A DNA stretch of 64,000 nucleotides from Escherichia coli (GTDB lineage: Bacteria > Pseudomonadota > Gammaproteobacteria > Enterobacterales > Enterobacteriaceae): NCBI RefSeq assembly GCF_050920415.1, contig NZ_CP169309.1; one strand, given 5' to 3'. The position numbers and the translations under genes were made by a program. The notes under the pieces are model-generated. The model was not told the DNA's origin and did not search any database. It saw only the letters and a program-made list of their open reading frames with translations. Positions 45,863 through 53,516 of the stretch are shown here, piece after piece. Each line of letters begins with the position of its first letter. Position 1 is the stretch's first letter.

Positions 45863-47854
45863 TTACTCAAGCAAGGTTAATAATTGTTCGCAAAGCAAAA
45901 CGCAGTTATTCATTGCTTCTCCCCGTGCCTCGCCTTCTGTATTACGAAATTGTCCCAACACATGTGCCAGCCGATAAAAACCCATCGCGGTGAGTTCATT
46001 GACCAGCAACTCTGACTGACTAATGGCACTCTGTTCCTGATAGCGCCAGCCATTATGGAGCAGTTGAATAAGCAACGCCTGACAGCGCATCAGTAACTGA
46101 TGAGTGGTAGACGGTACAGGCAGAACGCTGGCAGAAGGTAGCGGTGCCACAGGCGCAGTTTCTGCGTCCAGTGCCCAGGCGCGGGTTTTTGTCATCATCA
46201 CCCGTGGTTCCAGTGTCAATTGCCCCTCAGCAAAATTGATAAACCCAGAAACCAGACTAACGGGATCTTCTGTTTGTTGTAACAGAGCTGCCATGCGTTC
46301 AACAGCAAAGGGCGCACTGGCTGAAGCTGGCAGTGATAACGTCAGCACATTATCTTCACCTTCGCCACTGATTACCTGCGCATCCAGTGTCTGCCGACTG
46401 CTGTCCCAACCGAGTGAAATGCACTCTTCTACTGGCAGAATAAATAAGTTATCGACCTGGTTAAGCGGTCGTATGGCGGCTGGCGGACGTTGGCGTAAAT
46501 ATTCCCGCAAAGCCACAATGCCCGGCTGGCGCAGTGGTGCGCTCAACATTTGCCAGGCATCAGGCGACAGCGGAACAACACTGCTTAAGCGGTTGCGGGT
46601 AGCTAACAGCAACTCGCCATCGGCACTGCGTTTTGCTGCTTGTGAAACAATTTGCCCACCCGCCAGCGCGCCAGCCTGAAAACTAAACAGCCGCCGTTTT
46701 GCCGCTGGAGAGTTATCCTGTTCACTTCTCGGCCAACTGCGCGAAAGATGCAAAATACTGCCGGTGTCGGGATCGGTGAACCAGATGCGTAAACCATACC
46801 GCTCATTATCCTGCCAGCAACGCATACCTAGTGACACCAGCCGCAAATGATCAAGCTTTGCTTCGCCAGCAATGCCTGCGCCAACGACCGTGCGCCACGG
46901 TATGGGCGGTACTTCACCGACACTGTCACGTCGCGCTATCTCTTGTGCACTGTTCAAGCGACTGGTTAACGCCGCAAGCTGGCACAAGCATTTTCCGGCA
47001 TGATAGTGGCTGGCGCGGGCGTGGAAGGCATCAACGCTTGCCCGTAGCTGTCGTAGTGATTCACTTACCCAACGCCAGTTGCAGCGTTCCGCCGCTTGCT
47101 GCGCGCGGCTGAAAGCGGCCTCGTAGTGGATTGACGGTTGGCTGATCCCGCCCAGCCATAATGCCTGACTTAATTGCTGAACATATTGACGACATGCTTT
47201 ACCTTCGTCGCTGGAAAACGGATCGTCAGATGATGTGACGTGTTCACTGTGCATCTGCCAGATCAAATGAGTAAATTCCGCTTGTTGATTTTTGGCCTCG
47301 ACGAAGGCCTGCACAGCCAGTGCTACGTGTTCACACAGCGTTCCTTCAATACAATCACAACGGGCGAAACGAATGCTGCTGCGGGAATAAAAACGCACAT
47401 CGCTCATCGGTAAGCGGGCAGAGGGAATTTCGCCCGGTGTGCAGAACAACTCAATGGTGATGCCTTTAGCGACCAGCGCCTGCGCGCGTTTACGCGTGGT
47501 ATTGGGCAGGGTAGCCAGTTCTTCCTGCCAGATTGCCGGATCCCACTCTTCTTCTTTTTCCGTAGGCTGGGCGGTGGCACAAAGTCGTTGATAACTTAAC
47601 ACCAGCATCACGCGATGACGGCACATGCCGCTGGCCCCGCAGCTACATTGAGCCTCTTTCAGTGCCTGACTGTTCGCCAGCCGGGTACGGACACCGTCAC
47701 TGAAGGTGGCGATTAAAGCGCCGTTCTCATGGCAGATTTCCGGGACATTGCCATTTTCCAGTTCCTTAAGGCTGCGCTTCACAAAACCAGCATTGCTTAA
47801 CGCCGTCAGGGCCTGCGGTGTCAGTTCTAATAATTCCGGACGTAGTGAATTCAT
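45863..47854 (-). CDS. yehQ: SWIM zinc-finger domain protein, ~663 aa
   Basis: SWIM CxC...CxH signature ('CSCGASGMCRHRVMLVL'); start chosen at MNSLRPELLEL, giving a 4-nt ATGA overlap with the yehP stop. Confidence 0.75.
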   Translation of the reverse strand: MNSLRPELLELTPQALTALSNAGFVKRSLKELENGNVPEICHENGALIATFSDGVRTRLANSQALKEAQCSCGASGMCRHRVMLVLSYQRLCATAQPTEKEEEWDPAIWQEELATLPNTTRKRAQALVAKGITIELFCTPGEIPSARLPMSDVRFYSRSSIRFARCDCIEGTLCEHVALAVQAFVEAKNQQAEFTHLIWQMHSEHVTSSDDPFSSDEGKACRQYVQQLSQALWLGGISQPSIHYEAAFSRAQQAAERCNWRWVSESLRQLRASVDAFHARASHYHAGKCLCQLAALTSRLNSAQEIARRDSVGEVPPIPWRTVVGAGIAGEAKLDHLRLVSLGMRCWQDNERYGLRIWFTDPDTGSILHLSRSWPRSEQDNSPAAKRRLFSFQAGALAGGQIVSQAAKRSADGELLLATRNRLSSVVPLSPDAWQMLSAPLRQPGIVALREYLRQRPPAAIRPLNQVDNLFILPVEECISLGWDSSRQTLDAQVISGEGEDNVLTLSLPASASAPFAVERMAALLQQTEDPVSLVSGFINFAEGQLTLEPRVMMTKTRAWALDAETAPVAPLPSASVLPVPSTTHQLLMRCQALLIQLLHNGWRYQEQSAISQSELLVNELTAMGFYRLAHVLGQFRNTEGEARGEAMNNCVLLCEQLLTLLE

Positions 47855-48987
47855 GACTGAAGATTCTCCGCAAGCCAGGTAGCCAGTTCGCCTGGCGTCA
47901 TCGCGGCTATTTGTGCGCCGACATTTACCAGCGCCTGGGCTGTATCGCGGTCGTAGCAAGGTGTTGCGGTGCTATCGAGCGCTGCCAGTCCCAGCACTTT
48001 GATGCCGCTCTGGACACACTTTTTCACCTGATGCGTCAGCAAAGATGATGAACCCCCTTCATAAAAATCGCTCACGAGTATGATGACGCTTTTCGCTGGT
48101 TGTTCAATAAGTTGCCGACCATATTCCACGGCACTGGCGATATTGGTCCCGCCGCCCAATTGTACTTTCATTAATAACTCTACCGGATCGGCAACGTCGG
48201 CAGTGAGATCGACGACGTTAGTGTCAAAAGCGACCAGATGGGTACGAATGCCGGGTAACTGCCATAAACAGGCCGCCATCACCGCTGAGTGGATCACCGA
48301 GTCAACCATCGATCCGCTTTGATCAACCAGTAACACCAGCTGCCATTGTTCGCTATGGCGCTTAATGCGACTGTTAAAGCGGGGGGATTCGATATACAAC
48401 TTGCCGTGTTGCGGGTGCCAGTGTTGCAGGTTGGCGCGCAGAGTACTTTTGAAATCGAAATTACGCGCCAGTGGAATAAATGAGCGGCGACGGCGATCGC
48501 GGACACCAGAAAAAGCCTGACGAACTTCCTTTGCCAGTCGCGCCATAATTTCTTCAACAACCTGGCGCACTATCCGGCGGGCGGCAGCCAGCACTTCGGG
48601 ATTCATCAGATGTTTGGTGTGCAAAACGGCGCGTAACAGGCTTTCAGAGGGCTGCATACGTTCCAGCACGTCGAGATTTGTCACTACATCTTCAATGCCA
48701 TAGCGCAGTACAGCATCGCTTTCCAGCCGCTCAATCACCTGTTGCGGAAACAGCGTGTGAATACTGTTGATCCAATCAGGGGTGGTGAGATTTGAGCCAC
48801 CTAATCCACCGGAGCGTTCACCACGCTGGAGCCGTTCAGGATCGCGCCCGTACAGCCACTCCAGCGCGTGGTCCATCCGCCGGGCGTTGTCATCCAGCCC
48901 ACAAAGCGTCGTTTCTGCCGCTTCGCCAAGAATTAATCGCCAGCGTTGTAGCTCACGAGTGGTCAGAAGATCGTTCAGTTCAGACAT
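47851..48987 (-). CDS. yehP: von Willebrand factor A (VWA) domain protein, 378 aa
   Basis: MIDAS motif 'LLVDQSGSM'; start at MSELNDL overlaps the 3' end of yehM by 8 nt. Confidence 0.85.
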   Translation of the reverse strand: MSELNDLLTTRELQRWRLILGEAAETTLCGLDDNARRMDHALEWLYGRDPERLQRGERSGGLGGSNLTTPDWINSIHTLFPQQVIERLESDAVLRYGIEDVVTNLDVLERMQPSESLLRAVLHTKHLMNPEVLAAARRIVRQVVEEIMARLAKEVRQAFSGVRDRRRRSFIPLARNFDFKSTLRANLQHWHPQHGKLYIESPRFNSRIKRHSEQWQLVLLVDQSGSMVDSVIHSAVMAACLWQLPGIRTHLVAFDTNVVDLTADVADPVELLMKVQLGGGTNIASAVEYGRQLIEQPAKSVIILVSDFYEGGSSSLLTHQVKKCVQSGIKVLGLAALDSTATPCYDRDTAQALVNVGAQIAAMTPGELATWLAENLQS

Positions 48988-51259
48988 GGAAAACTCCCCA
49001 GTGTTGCAGTGATGCCAGTGCCTGCTGTTCGAGCTGTTGATGATGTGCAATGGCTTGCGGTGGGCAATGCAACGGCATTTGCAGCGCCGAAACGGGAAGC
49101 TGAGCGAGCTGGTAATGCTCAAGCACCTGATGCGCCAGCGTCCCGCGTTCTCGTGGCGGTAGCCAGGCCATCGCCGCGCGCAAATCGGGCAGGGCGTTAA
49201 TAAAATCGGCGTCACTCAGTTGATTCAAATGGCTGCTGAAACCGGCGATAAATGCAGGCTGACTGGCCAGTTGATGGCGGGCTAATGCCAGCAAACCGTG
49301 CAGCGCCTCGCCAGATTGTGCCGGGGATAATTGTGCCAGCATCGTCAGCGCCGCTTCGGCACTGGCGTTGGGATGTTCCAGACGCATCAGCGCGCCAAGG
49401 GCCGCACCGCGATCCAGCGCTGGGGCATGAATCGCCTGACTGCGACGTTCCAGTAAGGCTACCGCCGCAGAAAGCGAAACGCCGGGTAAATTAACGCCGC
49501 TATTTAGATCGCGCAGGATATGGCAAAGCGCCTGCCAGCTATGCAGGTGAGCGTGAAACTCCTTCTCATCCGGCCTGCCGTTGGATTCACATAGCCACAG
49601 TGTGCGATCGATAGCCGCGTATAACGTCGTCTGTAATATCTGCGCGCCTTGCATACCGCTGATTTCATCGAGCTGCCACAAGGCGTAAAGCACTTCCAGC
49701 GCCTGGCCCATTTCGGCAAACTGATTTTCCTGGGCGATTAATAATGTGAGTTGTTCCAGTAATTGCTGACTGAAGGACGCCAGACCCGCTAACGCTGCCT
49801 GGCTAAGACATGTGGTGATGCCGCTGATTCCACCCGCGTCCAGCATATCGGCTTCTAATTTATTGCGTGCGGCCTCCTGGAGGGTGGCACCAAAGCAGGC
49901 GGCTTCAATCAATGCCGCATGTTGGCTAAGTGGCTGGGTTAATGTCCAGCGTTCTTCACCGTTGCCCGCCAGCGTCAGTGTACTTCCGTGCTGGCGCACA
50001 ATGCCGGGAATCTCCAGTATTGCCAACCGATGTAGCACCTGACTTTGCGCCAGTCCATCGGGGGGAAAGCGATTTAAGGTAAGCTCCGCCGGAAGAGAGA
50101 TTCCGGTACGTTCCAGTTCGCAGGTGACATCTTTTGGCAGAGGTGGCTGTGGCGTCGAGGGGGCAAGTTTACCGAATCCGTCACCTGCTAATGTGTCTAT
50201 CAACGTTACCAGTATCGGATCGGTATCGGGATGAATAACGCCGCGATAGCTCCACGGCAACGGCGCGTTCAGGGCTTCTTTGATCAGCGAGCCTGCTATA
50301 GCATCCAGCCAGTCAGTGCGTAACGGTAGTGTATGACCGCGCAACTGTGCCAGTGCCATCGCATGCAGATGAGCGGCAGCCATATCCGCTGTTGAAGCAG
50401 GCAAGTGGTGCTGGCGCAAACGGGTAAGAACCGTTTTTAGTAGTTGTTCACCTGCCTGCTGCAAGCCCCACCGCCAGCACCAGTTTTGCCAGACCGGGGC
50501 AGGCATTCCTGAAAGGTATCCTGCCAGCACATCAAGGCGCTTTTCACTGTATGGCGTGAGATAGCAACCTGTAACGGCATCTGCCAGCGAAGGCAATTCT
50601 GGCTTGTTCATTTCTTGCAAACATTCGCGCCACATTTTTGCCAGTGCCGGAGCGTGCCAGCCACCACAGACGACTAACACGCCGCCATTGTTTTGCTGCA
50701 TCGCCCATGCAATCCAGTGGGCCATAAAGGCTTCGCGCTGACGATTGAGCGCATCGCCGGGGTAGTCGCCCCGCAGTTGGGCAAAATAGTGCGCCAGTGC
50801 ATAGGGTAATATAGTTTGCTGGCTTTCATCTTCGAACAGGTGATCCCACAGGGTGTCGCTGTTATCCATACGAGTGGCACGCAGCAACAAAGCCTGGCTT
50901 TCCTCTTGCGTACCGGGTGACTCGTCCTCTTCTTCACTCTGCGCCCAGCAAGGCAAATCAATAAAGTAAGTTTGTGCCTGAATATGACGTGCGGTTTGTA
51001 GCGCCTGCCACTCCGGCGAAAATTCAGCAAATGGCGTCCAGGCGCCACGTCCGGGGGCAGCACCGTCCTGATACTGGCAATAACTGTAAATCGCCACCGG
51101 AAGCTGGTGGGCTAAAAACAGTTCGTCTATCCGGTCATTAAAATCCGCCGGGCCTTCAATCAACACGTATCGCGGCCGCTGGTTTTCGATTAACGATTTC
51201 ACCAGTCGGGCGCAGGCCGGGCTATGATGCCGGATGCCGACAATTAACGGCTCGCTCAT
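48980..51259 (-). CDS. yehM: Large uncharacterised protein of the YehM family, ~759 aa
   Basis: No recognisable catalytic motif; start chosen at MSEPLIVGIRHHSPA, immediately after yehL stop with embedded GAGGAAAG Shine-Dalgarno. Confidence 0.75.
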   Translation of the reverse strand: MSEPLIVGIRHHSPACARLVKSLIENQRPRYVLIEGPADFNDRIDELFLAHQLPVAIYSYCQYQDGAAPGRGAWTPFAEFSPEWQALQTARHIQAQTYFIDLPCWAQSEEEDESPGTQEESQALLLRATRMDNSDTLWDHLFEDESQQTILPYALAHYFAQLRGDYPGDALNRQREAFMAHWIAWAMQQNNGGVLVVCGGWHAPALAKMWRECLQEMNKPELPSLADAVTGCYLTPYSEKRLDVLAGYLSGMPAPVWQNWCWRWGLQQAGEQLLKTVLTRLRQHHLPASTADMAAAHLHAMALAQLRGHTLPLRTDWLDAIAGSLIKEALNAPLPWSYRGVIHPDTDPILVTLIDTLAGDGFGKLAPSTPQPPLPKDVTCELERTGISLPAELTLNRFPPDGLAQSQVLHRLAILEIPGIVRQHGSTLTLAGNGEERWTLTQPLSQHAALIEAACFGATLQEAARNKLEADMLDAGGISGITTCLSQAALAGLASFSQQLLEQLTLLIAQENQFAEMGQALEVLYALWQLDEISGMQGAQILQTTLYAAIDRTLWLCESNGRPDEKEFHAHLHSWQALCHILRDLNSGVNLPGVSLSAAVALLERRSQAIHAPALDRGAALGALMRLEHPNASAEAALTMLAQLSPAQSGEALHGLLALARHQLASQPAFIAGFSSHLNQLSDADFINALPDLRAAMAWLPPRERGTLAHQVLEHYQLAQLPVSALQMPLHCPPQAIAHHQQLEQQALASLQHWGVFHV

Positions 51260-51269
51260 GCATCTTTCC

Positions 51270-52358
51270 TCACGGCAGGCGGTGGCGAGCTTGATAATAA
51301 GCCTGCCAGTGAGCTTCTTTATGTGTAGCGACACGTTGTTCGAAGTAACGGCGCAGACGTGCGCGATCTTCTTCGTTATCTTTGACGATGGTTCCGGCAA
51401 TACAGTCCACCAGGTCGGCTGGCTCCCCCGCGCGATTCGCTAAAAACCAGGCGCGGACGCCCACAGCGTGGGCCACGTTCACGGCTTCAGCGGTGGACAT
51501 AATCGCTGTCAGTGTATCCATTGACGTTTTCTTTTCGCCGTTGGCACGCAGATCGCGGAAGGTGCGTACCAGTAACTCAAGTACCGCGTCAGGCACTTTA
51601 TGCGGAATACCGCTATGGGCCAACAAACGCGCCGAAGCACTGGCGACCAGTTCCAGCTCCTGAGCAAAATCCATAATCGGAAAGACAGTTTCAAAGTCGA
51701 ATCGGCGTTTTAGTGCCGCGCTCATTTCATTAACGCCGCGATCGCGGGTATTGGCGGTGGCAATAATATTAAAGCCTTCCCGCGCATAGAGCTGACTGGC
51801 TTCACCAGTGAGTTCCGGCACCGTCATAACCCTGTCAGAAAGCATACCTAACAGACAGTCTTGTACTTCCAGTGGTGTACGCGTTATCTCTTCAAAACGG
51901 ACAATTTTGCCGTCGCGCATTCCTTGGTAGAGCGGGGCAGGGACCAGCGCTTCCGTTGACGGACCATGATTAATAAGCAGGGCGTAGTTCCAGCCGTACT
52001 TGATTTGATCTTCGGTGGTAGATGCGCCGCCCTGGATAGTTAACCCAGCATCGCCGCTAATAGCGGTTGCCAGTAATTCAGACAGGAGAGATTTTGCGGT
52101 GCCAGGTTCCCCCACCAACATCAAACCGCGCCCGGTAGCAAGAGTGACTAACATGCGTTCGACAGCGGAGGGACTAATCACGACTTTACGGCTGATATTT
52201 TGCGCGCTATCGCCAAGAATAAAAGAACGGGCCGCAGGCAAACTTAACTGCCAACCGGGCGGGCAAGGTGCGTTATCATTTTGCTTTAATTTTGCCAGTT
52301 CATCGGCGTATAACACAGCGGCAGGCGGACGCTGCAGATGATTATTCTGCGGTGACAT
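51270..52358 (-). CDS. yehL: MoxR-type AAA+ ATPase, 362 aa
   Basis: Walker A 'GEPGTAKS', AAA_5-like architecture. Confidence 0.85.
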   Translation of the reverse strand: MSPQNNHLQRPPAAVLYADELAKLKQNDNAPCPPGWQLSLPAARSFILGDSAQNISRKVVISPSAVERMLVTLATGRGLMLVGEPGTAKSLLSELLATAISGDAGLTIQGGASTTEDQIKYGWNYALLINHGPSTEALVPAPLYQGMRDGKIVRFEEITRTPLEVQDCLLGMLSDRVMTVPELTGEASQLYAREGFNIIATANTRDRGVNEMSAALKRRFDFETVFPIMDFAQELELVASASARLLAHSGIPHKVPDAVLELLVRTFRDLRANGEKKTSMDTLTAIMSTAEAVNVAHAVGVRAWFLANRAGEPADLVDCIAGTIVKDNEEDRARLRRYFEQRVATHKEAHWQAYYQARHRLP

Positions 52359-52467
52359 ATATTCATCCCTGAAATGTATTAATCAAATAAACGATATTTT
52401 ACGCGCAATAAATGTTTGGCGCATTAGTTGTTTGAGCGGAAAATATCTGGAAAGCAATCACAGTAAA

Positions 52468-52551
52468 TAAAAAAACCTGCTGGTGAGGCAGGTTCTTTTA
52501 TTTACTACTTTCAGGCCTAACACCACGGCCTGTGCAACATCGTGTTCCAAC
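52468..52551 (-). ncRNA. Candidate cis-encoded/divergent antitoxin sRNA (OrzO-like) with sigma70-like promoter and intrinsic terminator
   Basis: Minus-strand -35 TTGCAA (52586-52581), 17-bp spacer, -10 TATAAT (52563-52558); minus-strand terminator stem aacctgc/gcaggtt (52474-52494) followed by a T-run on that strand. The 5' part of the predicted RNA is complementary to a 20-nt segment (52698-52717) in the leader of the downstream toxin ORF (19/20 match to plus-strand 52532-52551). Ends are estimates. Confidence 0.4.
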
Positions 52552-52789
52552 GAACGAATTATAACCATCGGTGGACCCCGTTGCAATTAAGATAATGAGA
52601 TTTATAATCCTGACTGTTGGGACGTTGCGCCGGATCGAACCCATTTCAAGTCCTGGCTACCGGACGGGTGGTGCCGCAGGTAGTGCCCTGATCCGGAGTG
52701 CAACATCGTGGTCCAACATACGTAAACCAGTATCGACAGGCAGTGTAAGGGTAAGATGCTGGTGTTGCGCTCCTTAATAAGGAGAGCGG

Positions 52790-52879
52790 ATGGACACGCT
52801 GACACAAAAGTTAACCGTGCTCATTGCCGTACTGGAGTTATTAGTGGCTCTGTTACGGCTGATTGATTTGTTGAAGTAA
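52790..52879 (+). CDS. zorO: Type I toxin-like small hydrophobic peptide, 29 aa (MDTLTQKLTVLIAVLELLVALLRLIDLLK), ZorO-like
   Basis: Not in ORF track; hand-translated. GGAGAG Shine-Dalgarno 4 nt upstream; single amphipathic/hydrophobic helix ending in Lys, like TisB/ZorO class toxins; long structured 5' leader with plus-strand -10 TATAAT at 52613-52618. Gene symbol assigned from memory of the O157:H7 zor-orz locus, not from a search. Confidence 0.55.
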   Translation: MDTLTQKLTVLIAVLELLVALLRLIDLLK

Positions 52880-52932
52880 CGGGCAAATTGAAACGCATCT
52901 AAGGGGGAATACCGTCTCCCTCTTTAATAAAG

Positions 52933-53136
52933 CTATACTCGTCATAATTCAAGTTGCATGTGCTGCGACTGCGTGTTATTCGGCCCATCCATGGACCTCA
53001 CCCCTTACGGGGCCGCTGCAAGTAGCGTTCAAATCCGCTCCATGCGGATTTGTCGTTCACCCCAGTCACTTACTTTAGTAAGCTCCTGGGGATTCACTCG
53101 CTTATCGCCTTCCTGCAACTTGAATTATTTAGAGTA
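52933..53136. repeat. ERIC (enterobacterial repetitive intergenic consensus) element, long variant
   Basis: Contains reverse complement of the ERIC core 'gtgaatccccaggagcttactaaagtaagtgactgggg' flanked by the terminal inverted repeats 'aagttgcatgtgctgcg ... ttcctgcaacttgaattatttagagt'. Confidence 0.65.
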
Positions 53137-53138
53137 TA

Positions 53139-53456
53139 TTATTCTATTTCTTGGTTGAATATATTCTGTAGTTCACGATTAAAAATAGCGATTACAGTTT
53201 CAGGTGATTCACCTCGTAATTTTCGCTCATCAATAAATTCATCTCTTATATAAATCAACGCATCATTTATTAGCGGGTCGGCATCATCTCTATCACGTTG
53301 ATGAAATGTTGGACGTAGCCGGAATCGTTCCTGTCGATAGACGGAACCTGTAAATAATTCAGAGCATTTATGGATCTCAAGTCTGAAGGAAAACGGATCT
53401 TCAGGTACAGGGACTTCATAATCATAAGTAGCGACCAGCTCTTTTTGCACGATCAT
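53139..53456 (-). CDS. yehK: Small uncharacterised protein, 105 aa
   Basis: ORF of expected size in conserved position between yehL locus and yehI. Confidence 0.65.
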   Translation of the reverse strand: MIVQKELVATYDYEVPVPEDPFSFRLEIHKCSELFTGSVYRQERFRLRPTFHQRDRDDADPLINDALIYIRDEFIDERKLRGESPETVIAIFNRELQNIFNQEIE

Positions 53457-53516
53457 CGCTTTTCCCGGTGGTAAGTCGTGTTGATAACGGGCAGTCGCAT
53501 CACTGCCCGCTGTGTT

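Noticed and set aside
46104-46679. 191-aa plus-strand ORF
   Set aside because: Antisense to yehQ; no motifs, and yehQ carries the SWIM signature in the opposite frame.
53457-53516. Hairpin gggcagt-cgcatc-actgccc between yehI and yehK
   Set aside because: No adjacent U-tract on the coding (minus) strand; could be a processing site or weak terminator but evidence is insufficient to call.
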